A stretch of 64,000 nt of DNA from Nageia nagi (lineage: Eukaryota; Plantae; Pinophyta), in contig JBITNC010000001.1 of assembly GCA_050084985.1 (NCBI GenBank), positions 168,454,001-168,518,000 on the forward strand, given 5' to 3'. The notes beneath the pieces were generated by a model. That model was given only the letters and a program-made list of their open reading frames with translations. It searched no databases and had not been told where the DNA came from. The position numbers were made by a program, and so were the translations under genes. This document shows positions 13,342 to 28,064 of the stretch, piece by piece (within the stretch, counting starts at the first letter, position 1; each line of letters opens with the position of its first letter).

Positions 13342-14835
13342 CTTTAGGGTTTAGGTTTAAGGGTTAGGGGTTTGGGTTAGGGTTAGGAGTTAGGATTTTA
13401 TTTTAACTTAACTTAAAATTTAATTTATAATATAATTTTAAATTTTATACATATAATATATTTTTAATTTTAAACATATAATTTATTATAAATTTAAATT
13501 AAAAATTTTAAAAAATAATTTAGATTAGGGGTTTGGGTTAGGGATTAAGTTAGGATTAGGGATTACAATTTAAGGATTAGGGTTTAAGGGTTTAGGTTAG
13601 GGTTATGGGTTACAGTTTAAGGGTTAAGGGTTTGGGTTAGGGTTTAAGGGTTTAGGTTAGGGTTAGGGGTTACAATTTAAGGGTTTATGCTAGGACTTAG
13701 GGTTAGGAGTTTGCATTTGAGTTCAAGGTTAGGGTTTGAGTTCAAGGTTAGGGTTTTATGGGTTTGGATTTAAGTTAAAAATTAAGGGTTATGGTTAGAA
13801 TTTAAGGGTAAGGGTTACGATTTAAGGAATATGGTTAGGATTTAAGAGTTATGGTTAGGTTTTAAGGGTTAAGGTTTAAAATTATGGTTATGGTTAGGGC
13901 TATGGTTAGGATTTAGGGGTTATAGCTAAAGGTTATGGTTAGGGTTAAGCATTAAAGGTTTAGGTTAGGGTTTAAGGGTTAAGGGTTTGGGTTTAAGTTT
14001 AGGGTTGAGAATTAAGATTTTAGGGGTTATTTATGGTTAGGATTTAGGGGTTTAAATTAAGTTTTAACTAGGGTTTGGGTTAGAGTTTAATTAAGGGTTG
14101 GTTTATGATTAGAAGTTAAAGTTTTATTTTAACTTAACTTAAAATTTAATTTATAATATAATTTTAAATTTTAAACATATAATTTATTTATTTATTTTAA
14201 TTTTTAATTTTAAAAATATAATTTAGGTTAGGGGTTTAAGTTAGGGTTTAAAGATTTGGGTTAGAGTTAGGAGTTAGGATTTTATTTTAACTTAAAATTT
14301 TATTTCTAATATAATTTTAAATTTTAAACATATAAGTTATTATAAATTTAAATTTTTAATTTTAAACATATAATTTATTATAAATTTTAAAAATATAATT
14401 TAGGTTAGGGGTTTGGGTTAGGGTTTAGGTTAGGGTTTAGGGTTACCGTTTAAGGATTTAGGTTAGGGTTAAGGGTTACAATTTAAGGGTTTATGTTAGG
14501 ATTTAAGGTTAAGATTTTGGGCTTAAGTTCAAGGTTAGGGTTTTATAGGTTTGGATTTGAGTTAAAAATTAACGTTTAAGGGTTATGGTTAGGATTTAAG
14601 GGTTATGGTTAGGGTTTAAGCGTTTAGGTTAGGGTTAGGGGTTATGATTTAAGGGTTTATGTTAGGATTTAAGGGTTAGGAATTTAGGTTTGAGTTTAGG
14701 GTTAAGAATTAAGATTTAAGTTAGGGTTTAGGATTTAAGGGTTAAGGGTTTGGGTTTGGGTTTGGGTTAAGGGTTAAGAATTAACATTTCAAGGGTTATA
14801 TTTGGTTAGGATTTAGGGGTTAAGGGTTTGGGTTA
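13342..14835 (+). repeat. Degenerate interstitial telomere-like array (TTTAGGG/TTAGGG/TTAAGGG/TTATGG) with AT-rich modules
   Basis: Many variants of gggttta/gggtta. The AT block ttttattttaacttaacttaaaatttaatttataatataattttaaattttaaacatata recurs at ~13400, ~14120 and ~14280. Confidence 0.9.
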
Positions 14836-15069
14836 CTCATCAATATTGTTGTAACTAATTGATATAGCTTAAAACAATAGAGGTAGGTTGCATTTACAAA
14901 GTTAACATCTTAACATTCTTCCATCGTAATCATATTACAATGTGGCCCAATGGAAACCTTTATCAATTTAATATTGGCAGACCATGTTAGGTTTATCAAA
15001 TTGAATAGTTTTAAAATTTTTATAATAATAATATATTTTATTCTTATCTTTATTTAGTGATTATCATGG

Positions 15070-16800
<1,731 letters not shown>

Positions 16801-16829
16801 CAAATTTAGGACATTAGCATGAATGTGTT

Positions 16830-16945
16830 ATTCATGAGATAATTTTTGTTGACTAGGATTATATACATTCATGAGACATTTTTTGTTGATTGAGATTATA
16901 TACATTCATGAGACATTTTTTGTTGATTGGGATTATATACATTTA
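16830..16945. repeat. Three copies of a ~38 bp tandem repeat
   Basis: ttcatgagacattttttgttgattgagattatataca, three times. Confidence 0.9.
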
Positions 16946-17244
16946 ATAATTGAAAACCTTACTATTTTTCATTTATTCATGTTTGTCATATTACTTATTA
17001 TTAATGTGTTATATTATTTATTTTTAATGTGTTTTAATTTTTATTTTTATTATGCTTATTTTTAATGTTTATATGTTTAAATTTTAATTTCTTTACTTTT
17101 AATGTATTATAATTTAATTTTACATTACTATATTTGGAATGTATTAAAAAAATGAAATAAAAATTGGTAATAATAAAGAATCAATATGCCATTTTATTTA
17201 TAGAAAAAAATAATGCCAAACTTGAGGCCTAATGTGTCTAACTA

Positions 17245-17870
17245 TTAACTCCAAACTAGATGCCCTATGCATCAAACATTTGACTCCAAACTAGATGCCC
17301 TATGCATCAAATATTTGACTCCAAACAATATGCCTAATGCATTGAACATTTAACTCTCTACTTGATGCCCCATGCATTTAATATTTGACTTGACACTTTA
17401 CACCCATTGCATTGAATATTTGAATCCACAATTGAAGCCCAATGCATCTTACATTTGACTCCACACTTCACACTTAATGCATCTAACATTTGACTCCATC
17501 CTTGTTGCTTATTATGTCTAATATTTGACTCTATTTGAGTCAACAATATGACTCTAGTTGCATCCATCAAGATGAAGATGCCAAAATAAACTCCAATTTT
17601 ATTGATATTTTGACAGTTTACAATATGTTTGATATGTCGATATATTGATGCCTCATTTGAATCATAAAAGATTTATAGGTGATGCAATATGCATTCAGGG
17701 TAAGATGCATAAGTTGACTCTAGAAAAAAATGATGATGCCACAAATGATGCATAGGTTGACACTCCCCTTAGCATCAAGTTAGGTGTCAACTTGTCAAGA
17801 AAAAAAGAAAAAAAAAATACACTAATTTTTGATGCATAGGATGATGCAAAATCCTTCAAATGTAGTAGTG
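17245..17870 (+). mobile_element. CACTA/En-Spm transposon right end with ~35 bp subterminal repeats
   Basis: Terminus tgtagtagtg at 17861-17870 is the reverse complement of CACTACTACA. About 9 copies of tttgactccaaactagatgccctatgcatcaaaca at 17245-17560. The left TIR was not found. Confidence 0.8.
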
Positions 17871-18439
17871 CTACCCTATTCCTATTTTCTTTTATGATTT
17901 ACAAGCACCAAGCAGATGCATCCTCATGGAAAGTACAAAGATCCATCATTTTTTCATATCATATAGTGTATTTAGATAATTTCATATCATATGGTACAAT
18001 TACATAATTTTAGAACATGTGGTGGATTAGACAAACTTATCACCTTTGGGTTCGTTTTTAACACTTGCAAAATTTATGGGTTGGACAATTTCCTTCCTTC
18101 TCCAAGCCAATTTTTGGGTCCTATTTAGAGACATCTTTTGGGCACCTTTTTCTACAAGCATATGATTTTTAGATAGATGGTATATTAAAATTCAAATTAT
18201 GATATCAAGCACCTCATTTTGTTCAATGGTGGTCTAATTATATAAGCATGAAAAAGATAATTTGTCACATTTTGATAGGTTTGTTACAATACTCACATTA
18301 AATTTTGGGCCCCATTTTTGAATACTATGCAATGTAGAAGTAACATGAACATAAAGATAAGAACAATAAGATTCAAATATGCTCTAGAATTATGCTCAAA
18401 TGATCAATAATACTCATATGATCAAGAAGTAATAATATT

Positions 18440-19190
18440 CAATTTACAAGCACTAAGTAGACACATCCACACACAAAATTCAAGTTTTATGGGTATTTTG
18501 TTAGTGAAGTTCAAAGCTCCCTTAAGATAGCCTTTTAAAAAAATCATTTTGTGCATATGCACAAATTCTCTTTTTCCTACATTCTTATGTAATTTAGAAG
18601 CATCCAATAGATACATGAAATTATGTCTACATCATGTATCTTACCAAATAATTATTGGAACTTGTGTATTATTACACATTTTGCATCCATATCTATAAAG
18701 GCATTTACAACGAAGTCAAGAGGGTAGAGCACTTGGAATGTTAGCCAAGCACTTGTAACATTTTAAATTTTTTGATATTCTCGAGTAGAGATGAGCTGAA
18801 GGTGTAGAGCATTTGGAACATTAGTTAGACACTTAGGGAAACTTTGGTGGTCACTTGTAACATTTAGAGTTTTTTGAGATTTTTGGGAAGAGAAACTAAA
18901 GGGGTAGAGCACTTAGCTTGTACCCATTTATTGCATATCCTACAATCATTGTAAACCATGAAACTATATTTGCATCATGCATCTTGTTAAGCAATGCATG
19001 TATAATGATTCATCCTAGGAATAATGTAATAAGAATAATTGATGTTATTAAAGTATTTACAACCCTTATCCACTAAACTTGCATGGATGCTTGCAAGTAG
19101 AATACATATAAAGGTTATGTTGTTAGGGTTGGTTCCTAAGTTCTTCATCAAATTAAAGAGTTTAAGGGCATCCTTGTATAGCCATCAACA
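18440..19190 (-). pseudogene. Fragments of PLS-class pentatricopeptide repeat (PPR) gene(s)
   Basis: DALKLFNLMKNLGTNPNNITFICILLASIHASLVDKGCKYFNNI (~19175-19040); LLNKMHDANIVSWFTMIVGYAING (~18995-18920); VVNAFIDMDAKC...LFGKIHDVDIIS (~18712-18615); GYLKGALNFTNKIPIKLEFCVWMCLLSACKL (~18532-18440). All are typical PLS-PPR motifs. Confidence 0.85.
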
Positions 19191-19559
19191 ACATTATTTA
19201 TTTCATATCATTTTTAGACTGACACTTTAAAAATTTATAAGTTGAATAATTACTTTTCTTCTCAAAGCTATTTTTTGGATCATATAGTATATTTAGACCA
19301 TTTCATATCATATGGCACAATTGTATCATTTCATAACATATGGTGGATGAAACTAACTTATCACTTTTTTGACTAGTTTTTGGTACTTCAATTTTTTTTT
19401 GGGTTAGACAGTTGCTTTCCTTCTCCAAGCAAATTTTTGTGTCCATTTTTGAGACATATTTTGGGTTTCTTTTTCTATAAGCATATGATTTTTAGAAAGC
19501 TAGTATATTAAACTCTAAATTATAATACCATGAATCTCCTTTGTTTCAATGGTGATATG

Positions 19560-20016
19560 TGAAGGATTTAGACCTACTCTAATCCTCAAGGTCCAAGACT
19601 AGGAAACTCAACCATTCAACATAACACAAATATAATGTGGTTCCTCCCTCCTTGGGAGTACATCCACAACTAGTTCTCAATTCTCAATCTATGCACCTCT
19701 TACAACAATTCTCTTCCTCTCCTACACAACTAGTAGAGTAATCTTACTCCAAAAACTTAGTTATGTTACAAGAGGAGAGGCCCTCTATTTATAGCTTGAG
19801 AGCACCTCCCTAACCTCCCTTTAACCCAAGGGTAAGGTTAGGGTTACAATAAATGTATAACCTAACTTTAACCTACCAACTAACCACATGGTAAAGTCAA
19901 AGTCTACATAATAAAGAATTCAATTAATCCCTTAAGGTATCTACATATCCTTTAAGTGATTAATTGAATTTACAAGGAGTTTAGATATTCACAATATTTC
20001 ATTACAAATTCTAACA
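19560..20016 (-). mobile_element. Solo LTR (457 bp), copia-type
   Basis: TG...CA ends with a perfect 5-bp TSD ATATG (19555-19559 and 20017-20021). Similar to the LTR at 7002-7553. Confidence 0.9.
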
Positions 20017-21493
20017 ATATGATTGCATGCAAAAAGGTATTTTATAATTTTTTGATAGGTTTTTTTACATCCTTTGGTTTAATAGTGATTTGATTATATG
20101 AAAAAGGCAATTTGTGACTTTTTAGCCTTATTTTTAAACATAAATATTAGGTAATGTAGATGGAATATGAACACAAAGGAAAGGATCATTAGATTCAAAT
20201 GCTTTACAGTTATGCTCTAATGATCAAGAATACTTATAGGATCAAGAATTACACAATTATGCTAAAATTAAATTAGAATAAATATTGAATATTAATAGAA
20301 ACATATCATCCCTTTAGTTATATTTTGTTATACCTTTAGATCTTAACAATGCATATGATATATACCAAAGAGCCATGACCATTATGTTGTATACTATGAT
20401 GCATAAGAACCTTATGACTATATAAATAACATAATAAATAAAAAAAGAGATAATTATTGAAGATCTTTATATGTCATTTTTAAAGGCTATTATAATATAA
20501 GATATGAATTAATCATAAGAAAAAAAAATTGGTATTATATTTGATTCTTTTAGGATTCATTATTTATAGGAGAGGTATTAAGATTGATCCCAATAAAGTG
20601 TGCCTCCTTCTAAGAATCTTAAAGGAATAAAATTACTCCTATTCATTTTGAATATTATATGGTAAAATTTAATCTATTAGAATATTCATTTTTCAACTAG
20701 TTGATGAATGCAAGCATTTTTAAATAATTACTTAAGAAGGATATTCAGTTAATTTGGGATGATAAGTGTCAATCTATTATTCTATGTCGATTACTTTGTT
20801 CTTAATGAAAGTTATAAAAATACTAACTATCATATATAAAATAAAGATAAGTTAAAATTCAATTAACTCAACCTATGTATCATTATATAAAAGTTCAACT
20901 TAGGCACATAACGTTTAATAACCTTAATATGTATGCCTCATAAGGATGTAATAAATATCACACACCTTAGAATGTATTACCCTAGTCAACACATTTATCT
21001 TTTAGTTAGTAATAATATGATTTTTGCATTTTTGTTAGTTTGCATTACCATTTCATAAAGTAATTAGATGAAATAACTAGGGAGTAACCAATTTAGATGT
21101 CTACATCTCTCTACCATTATAAAATAAATATCTAATGTGACCTCAAGTTTTGAAGGGTAGAGAAACTAGTATAATTCATCATAAGATCATCAAATGGAAA
21201 TTTAATTCATTAGAAGATCAACAAATGAAAATTGTTACAAACCACTTGAGACTTATTATATTGATACACCATATTAAATATTTTATCAAATATTTACACA
21301 CATGAGCTCTGAACTTTTATATATTTTAATTACTCATATTTTATTTATTTCATTCAAAATATTTGTTAATTACAAAAATATATATTTTTACAAGATGTCA
21401 TTATCAATAAGCACATATTGACATTATCATGGCATCATCATATATGTGAGATCATCATTGCATTGTCTTTAAGATGTAAATATCTCAAGGGGA

Positions 21494-21530
21494 GTGTGTG
21501 TGTGTGTGTGTGTACACACACACACACATG
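21494..21530. repeat. Self-complementary (TG)n-(CA)n microsatellite
   Basis: gtgtgtgtgtgtgtgtgtacacacacacacacatgt. Confidence 0.9.
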
Positions 21531-21544
21531 TATATAATAATAAT

Positions 21545-22500
21545 AACCTTTTCATAAGAAATACCTTATTATAAGCTAAGGGTTTTTCATTCAACTTGGT
21601 TAGTGTGTCCATAACATCTTTTGTGATCTTTTCTTTAGAGATGTTGAAGGCAATTGTGGTTCCAAGACATAATCTTACTATTCCCAATGCTTTTCGATTG
21701 AGAAAGCCCACTCATTTGAAATATTCATTGGTTTCTTTATCTTACCCTCTAATGGTAAATTATCCTTCTAATACAGATAATCCTACATTTGCATCCTCCA
21801 AAACTAAAACTTTTGACCATTGAAATTTTCCACCATGAACCTCCATTCTTCTTCTATTGTTACCACTTGATCTAAAAACCCTCCTTTCCTTTATGTTGAG
21901 TACCCAACAAAATAAAGCTTTGATACCACTTGTTAAGATTCACTATATAAAAATATAGTTGAGCAATTAATCTACTCTAAACTCAGAAGAAAAATAAGCA
22001 ATAAAATCACACAAACAAAAAAAGATAAACTATGTAATAGGTTTCACCCACTACAAGCTGTACATTCATGAAGAATAATTAGTCCTTGAATAAAATTAGC
22101 CCAAGCCACCAAAAGGAAACAACCAACAACCAAACCATTGTACTTTCCTCTTTGGTTTACAAAAATTTCTCACCATAGCATTCTATAAGAATTTTATATA
22201 CATTTTAAAATTCATATAAGTCTATTTTCCTACTCTCAAATTGAAGTAATATTAAAATAATATAATTTTCCACTTAATGCAACCTTTAGTTCTCAAGCTT
22301 AGAATAAGATAAATACCAAGTTTCATGCCTCAAAATAAAGTGTATTTGGTCTGTGATCGACCACTATTAGGTTGATTGGATCTATCATATTGATCACCAT
22401 TAGGATGACTACACTAATCGATCAAACAATCCTATTTATTAGCCCTCTACTTATCGAATGGTTCTGATCAATCCTCTTCCCACTGATTGGTCCTACAAAT
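21545..22500 (-). mobile_element. 5' part of a Tnt1-like copia element: LTR (from 21931), PBS (21917-21928), gag N-terminus
   Basis: gctttgatacca next to TG. Gag reads FNGQKF*FWRMQM*DYLY and LNRKALGIVRLCLGTTIAFNISKEKITKDVMDTLTKLNEKPLAYNKVFLMKRL. The far LTR boundary was not determined. Confidence 0.85.
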
Positions 22501-23224
22501 CGGTCTTATGTATGCTAATTACAAAATAAAAGTTGTTTTTGTCCTCAGCCAATTTAATCAAACTCCATTCCTAGCAAAATTCTCTTATACGTCGATGGAT
22601 TCCATAAAATAATTCAAAGTTGAATTATATATTTTCATCTACACTCTTTGAGATATTAGCATGCATTTTAATTTGACTTTATTTATATTTTGATGGGAAA
22701 AATATAAATACATAGAAAATATCTTCCATTTTATTTTCATACTTTCCATACATCAAGTATTTGACATGTATGCAGTTACACAATTAATGAGTATTGTGTA
22801 AAGCAAACCCTCATTTTCATAATTAGTTGATATTATGATCATTATTATATACCTACTTTTCTTGTAATTGACTTAACCTCATACTTAACTAACATTATAT
22901 GAAATAAAAAATATTTAACCTATATTTTTTAATTATTGAGGCCTAAATTCTTGAAATTAAAATTACCTATTATTTATCATATATGAAAGCAAAACAATTA
23001 ATCACAAGCTTTTGTTGTACTTTGAATTTCAATAATCATGTTAGGTTGCCATTATTTTACTAGGCTCCAAAGGGATACCATGATCTCTTGATAAAAAAAA
23101 TGAAGGCCCTCAAACTTTATTTTCATTGATCCATGCTCCTTAGTACATCATGTTTTAGAATATAATTTATAAAATCATAACAACCAGGATAGTTGATATT
23201 ACAAAATATGTCAATTAAAAGAGG

Positions 23225-24170
23225 ATAACATGATTTTGATTGTAAATGAACAGACATCCTATGAATACAATCATTCACTTGGTAACAAATCCATAGTTAT
23301 AGATCCTTCCTTAAGGATGATATGGTGTTAAGGCCATCATGTCACTATATGAATTTATAACTACACAATCATATTTGAATTGCATAAAATTAATTATGTT
23401 TTATATTTAAAAACAAAGGATATTGAAGTATGTTCTAAATGAGCCTTTGCATTTCCATCTTAACTCAGATTGTTGGTGGATGTTATCCTTTCATGCTTGA
23501 AAATGAGACTCATGTTTTATACTATATATTTGTTGAAAATAAATAGGATATAATTATCTTTTTTCTCAAAAATAAATTACATTTATAATTACTTATTTAA
23601 GAATTATTACAGAAGATTGAGATTCTTTAAATGGTTGAGATGGATTATCATCACAATGAAGATCAAGGATTGAATTTAAATGCTTTAGAGGCTTGCTTGA
23701 GGTGGGTACGAGTATATTTGATTCTCCATTGTGATAATCCTTTCATCATGTTATAAGCTTAAGAGGATTATGATACACCCTACATAATATGTTAAAAGTA
23801 ATCTTAAAAAAAAAAATTCAATTATAAACTAAATACAAAATTTAACATTGTAACATGACCTTCATTCTATATAGGCAAACATCCTATTAATATGATCATA
23901 GACATGTAACAAATCCATAATTGTAAATCCCTACTTTTAAATATGATACAGTATAAACATATCATATTAACTAAGTATCCCATGTTCTTTCCTTTATGAC
24001 AATGCTACATTGTTTATTATAACTTAAATATCATTTTTGAATTGCATAAAATTAACCATCATTATATATGAAATTATATTTATGTTTAATTTATTGAAAT
24101 ATAAGTATAATCCTTTGAACTTAAATTGAATGGTTGAAACATGTGATTAGCAGAATGAAAATCAAGGTTG
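23225..24170. repeat. Old tandem duplication, ~620 bp period
   Basis: aacatga..., acatcctat.aata, gtaacaaatccata.tt and tttgaattgcataaaattaa each occur twice, in register (~23230-23670 and ~23850-24170). Confidence 0.7.
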
Positions 24171-26139
24171 TTGTCGTGATTTGAGTAAAAGCTCAATCAT
24201 TAGTGATAGGTAATTAATTCTATACACGTATAGTCTCGAAAAAATAAAATCAAATTTATCTGAATGCAAGTTTGTCCGCATTCAAGGACACCACATAAAT
24301 TTGTTCAGTGACATCAATTGAAAATCTGAACTAGCAGCTCTTTCTGCATGGATTGGTGCAACCCCTTTCAAAGAAAATTCAGTTCCTCATATGGAGATAT
24401 TGAAAAAACATATATACAGATTTTCAACTCCATATCCAAAATGAAAAGTTCTCCTTCCTACTCCAACGACTCTGGCTTACTGCAACATATTTTTAAGGTT
24501 TGTTTTCCTAAAGGACTCTTGAATTCTGGTCTATATTTCGTTTTGTTTATGCCTGCTGTGAAATATTTGAGGTACAGAGGGAGGAACTGATATTGATGCA
24601 TAACATGATATTATCAAAGGCTACCTAGCATTGGACCTTGCATAATCCAATTATTTCACATTTGCAGAACTTGTATTAGTTTGATTCTTTTGGGCTTTTA
24701 TCAGCTGAAGCCCTCTTTAAAAATGTACCCCATTTTCAACAACCTCTTGACATCTCCTATATGTCATACGGCCACTTTACATGCTTTCCGGGATTTTCCA
24801 ACTTGTTTGACATCCTTTAGTTGGGATCATGTAACGGAGTGTCCTGGCATTCCCCAAAGTCTAGTCTGTGTTAATCAGTAAGCTCTAAATTTGACTCTGG
24901 GTCTGCTCCTCACACAAGAACTCTTTTACCATTACACCCACAATCCTTTTGACAAAATTTTAGCAACATTATGTTTTGAAACTATATATTCTGGTAACTT
25001 TTAATATGATTTAGTTATATCGTATTCAGCGTAGATTACCAGGTTCGAGTTGGGCTTCAAGTTTAATGTAACGTAGTTAAGAATAAATATGATGAGCGTG
25101 AGTTTGTTAGAAAAGCTAATTCTTAACCAGGCATGGCAGTCCATCACAATAATTGATATTTGCCTGGCCCACATTTCAGTTAGATCTCTTAGAGCATGCT
25201 ACAATGATAGACTATAAATTCCTATTGTGTCGGCTTTTGCAACCGAACACACTTTGGCTTGCTTAAAATTTCTCACGGCAGAATGGGTGTTGAGTCCATT
25301 GGCTTTCTGCTGAACACCATAAATTATAATAGATTCGAAGGTTGTAGTTTATATCATATTTAATGACTACTTGTGTAGTTTTTGCAGAAACTTCAAAGTG
25401 CGTGCTTAATTTCTCCAATATTTGTGTATAATAGCCACTTTGAGAAAACCATGATTACATTTGTCTTGGAAGATGTTAAGTGGATTTGCTAGAGACGATT
25501 ATGGAGGTGATCAAGTACGGTGCTTGTTGAAAATCTTAGTAATCTGTACAATAAAACTTAGGACACTGTGTGAAATGACTCACAGGTCATACATATGAAA
25601 GACAAACAGTAATTTGGATGTTTATGTGAGCTAGTTCAGAGATTGTTGAAAAACTTAAAAAATTGTAAAACAATTTTGGGGGCATCATGTAAAATAGCTT
25701 GCAGGATATACATTTGAAGCATAGACAGCAGTTTGGGTTCTTAAGTTGCAACTTGCTTATATGCATAGTAGTTTCTTATATGTAACTGTCATGAAGAGAT
25801 TGTAGTTTTGTCTCCATGTTGTATGATTAGTTGCATTTGTTTAATGGAAATATGATTGCGTGCAAGCTGTTTCCATCAATACCTAGATGACATGCTCCAC
25901 TCTCAGTAGTTTCACACCATGAAAAGAGAAGAAATTCGGCTTGTTTATATTTCTATCTTTTGTTCAATTTTGAAATGCTTGAAAAAGCAACCTTTTCAAG
26001 ATACTTCAACCAGTACTCGTCTTTAGGATCTCATGTTTTAGAATTCTCAAAATTGCTTTAGATTCATTGGAAAATCTTCTGTTTTATTCCCTTTTAATGC
26101 TTCTAGCTATCTGGTTAAGCTTTGTGATAATATTTTATT

Positions 26140-28064
26140 TGTAGGCCCCTCTTTTAGTAAAGAGTATGCATGATTTATTATTTAGTGTCTAATTTAGATC
26201 TAAGGATAGGAAAGTTATGGGTCCGTATTGTGAGCCCCAAGTGGGATGTTTCCTCCTTGACTAAGATAGGAGCATTTTATGACATCTAGGAGTGATTTTG
26301 TGTATCCCAAAGATTAGACGTGGATCCTAGGATGCAATGTTCAATGATGTTGATCACAAGGCACATTTGGGGATCCCTAGGTGAGACGTCTAGCTCCTAG
26401 GTGTGAAGTCAAGCTATAAGGGAAGTTGGATGCATGGGTGGGGGCATATTTTGCATAATCAATCATTTACTTGTCAGTTTTGGCCATCGCCACTCTCGTT
26501 CTCTGGATTGGAAGCCTCATCAAGCCCCTATCAGTTGTGGAGCCTCATCAAGCTCCTGTGAAGACCTTCAGCATTCAGTTTTCAGTTTTGTGAGATTGCA
26601 GCCTCAAAAGTGTGATGTCAGGCTTGGAGTGAGAGTTTGAGTCCATGGAAGCACTAGATCTGGCCAGTAACCCAGATGTTGAGCCATTCTGGCCATTGTT
26701 TCTGCATTTTGAGTCTTTGGTGGTGTTATGATAGTGACTTTTGGCCATTGTTTCTGCATTTTGAGTCTTTGGTGGTGTTATGATAGTGACTTCCACTATT
26801 GAATATACAAAATAATTAGCATATATTAATATTAATACAATAAGTCTTATCAATTCCTCTTGGCATAGGAGGAAATCGACTCCAATACCAGCTGTAGATG
26901 GGAAGATGACTGTAATGATCCAAAATACATAAGAGAAATACCAAACACAAAATTTTGCAAATAACAGAGATAGGAAATATATTTGGATTTTTTATTATTT
27001 TCTTCAAACACTCGCAACAAAAAAGCAGTAACAATGACTAAATCACATATGCTGATGACAATTTCACACACTGGATTGATAAATCAGATTTAATATGGCA
27101 AATCTGATTAATTTGATTTACAAAACATAACACTATCACACCAATAATGGGACGTTACAACTGGGATTCTGAATATGCCGGCAGTAACGTCCAAAATGTG
27201 CTGAGATGATACCAGGAAAGGTACATTGACCAAATGGGACCCTCAATTCCTCCTCAAAACACCATAGATCTTCTGTAAATGCCCTAAGATGGGACATATG
27301 GCTGTTGGGAATGCTCTTTGCTCAAAATGAGTCCATAAACTAATAAATCCCCTCCAAATATGAGACGTTGGCTCTTCTGGTATCAAAACTCCTCTTAACA
27401 CCCTGGTATCAAAACTCCTCTTAACACCCTGCCAACTGCCCAAAAATGTCTCTAATATAAATGATATTTGCCTCTATGCTGGGTGTTGCTACTATTAACC
27501 CTCTAATTCTGAATATCTCCACAAAATGCAGAATTAAATGCTGAACTCCACACAATAGCTACACAGCTCTGTTACTCTGACTGATTTTATCATAAACTTC
27601 CACAATGCCCTAAAACCCTCGGAAGGAATTGCATTCTTTCTGGAAGTGAAATAGATTTGACAACACTGGAAGTCCTCTATAAGCACATAGGAAAACTCTG
27701 GATAGGTTTTCTCCTCAATCCAATAGAACTCTGGATAGATTTTCTCCTCAATCCAATAGTTGGGCACCTCCCCAACTACTAAACCGGAAAGCTTCTGCAA
27801 ACCTTGAGCACCTCTTGAAAGCCACAGAAGGTGAGTAGGGATCAGCCCTCTCTCCAAATTCACAATAATCAATCACATAAAAGATGCAATAACTAATATT
27901 ATGTCTCCTAATACATTACCCTTATATCCCCTTTTATTATATTTTTATTCTTTTATTTATCTAACTCTACGTAGAACACTTTCACACCACCTAAGATACA
28001 CAACTTCCATATTTCACATACACAAATATGCATGATCCTAAAAATGAAAAATGGAGACATTACA
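26140..28064. mobile_element. Composite gypsy-type LTR remnants
   Basis: The motif gagccccaagtggga (26233) is shared with the solo-LTR family. LTR-type termini gggacgttaca (27159) and ggagacattaca (28064). Internal tandem duplications. No TSD found. Confidence 0.6.

Larger units (their letters stand above)
17950..20250. repeat. Diverged ~480 bp direct repeats (17950-18430 and 19280-20250, the second split by a solo LTR) flanking the PPR fragments
   Basis: Shared blocks atttcatatcatatgg.acaatt, ttccttctccaagc.aatttttg, aagcatatgatttttaga and ttatgctc.aatgatcaa.aatact.ata.gatcaagaa. Confidence 0.85.

Noticed and set aside
13342-14835. True telomere or chromosome end
   Set aside because: Highly degenerate, interrupted by AT modules, and flanked by transposon DNA on both sides.
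25085-25315. C/D box snoRNA (ATGATGA near 25089)
   Set aside because: No box D at a plausible distance with a terminal stem, and no recognisable rRNA-complementary guide.
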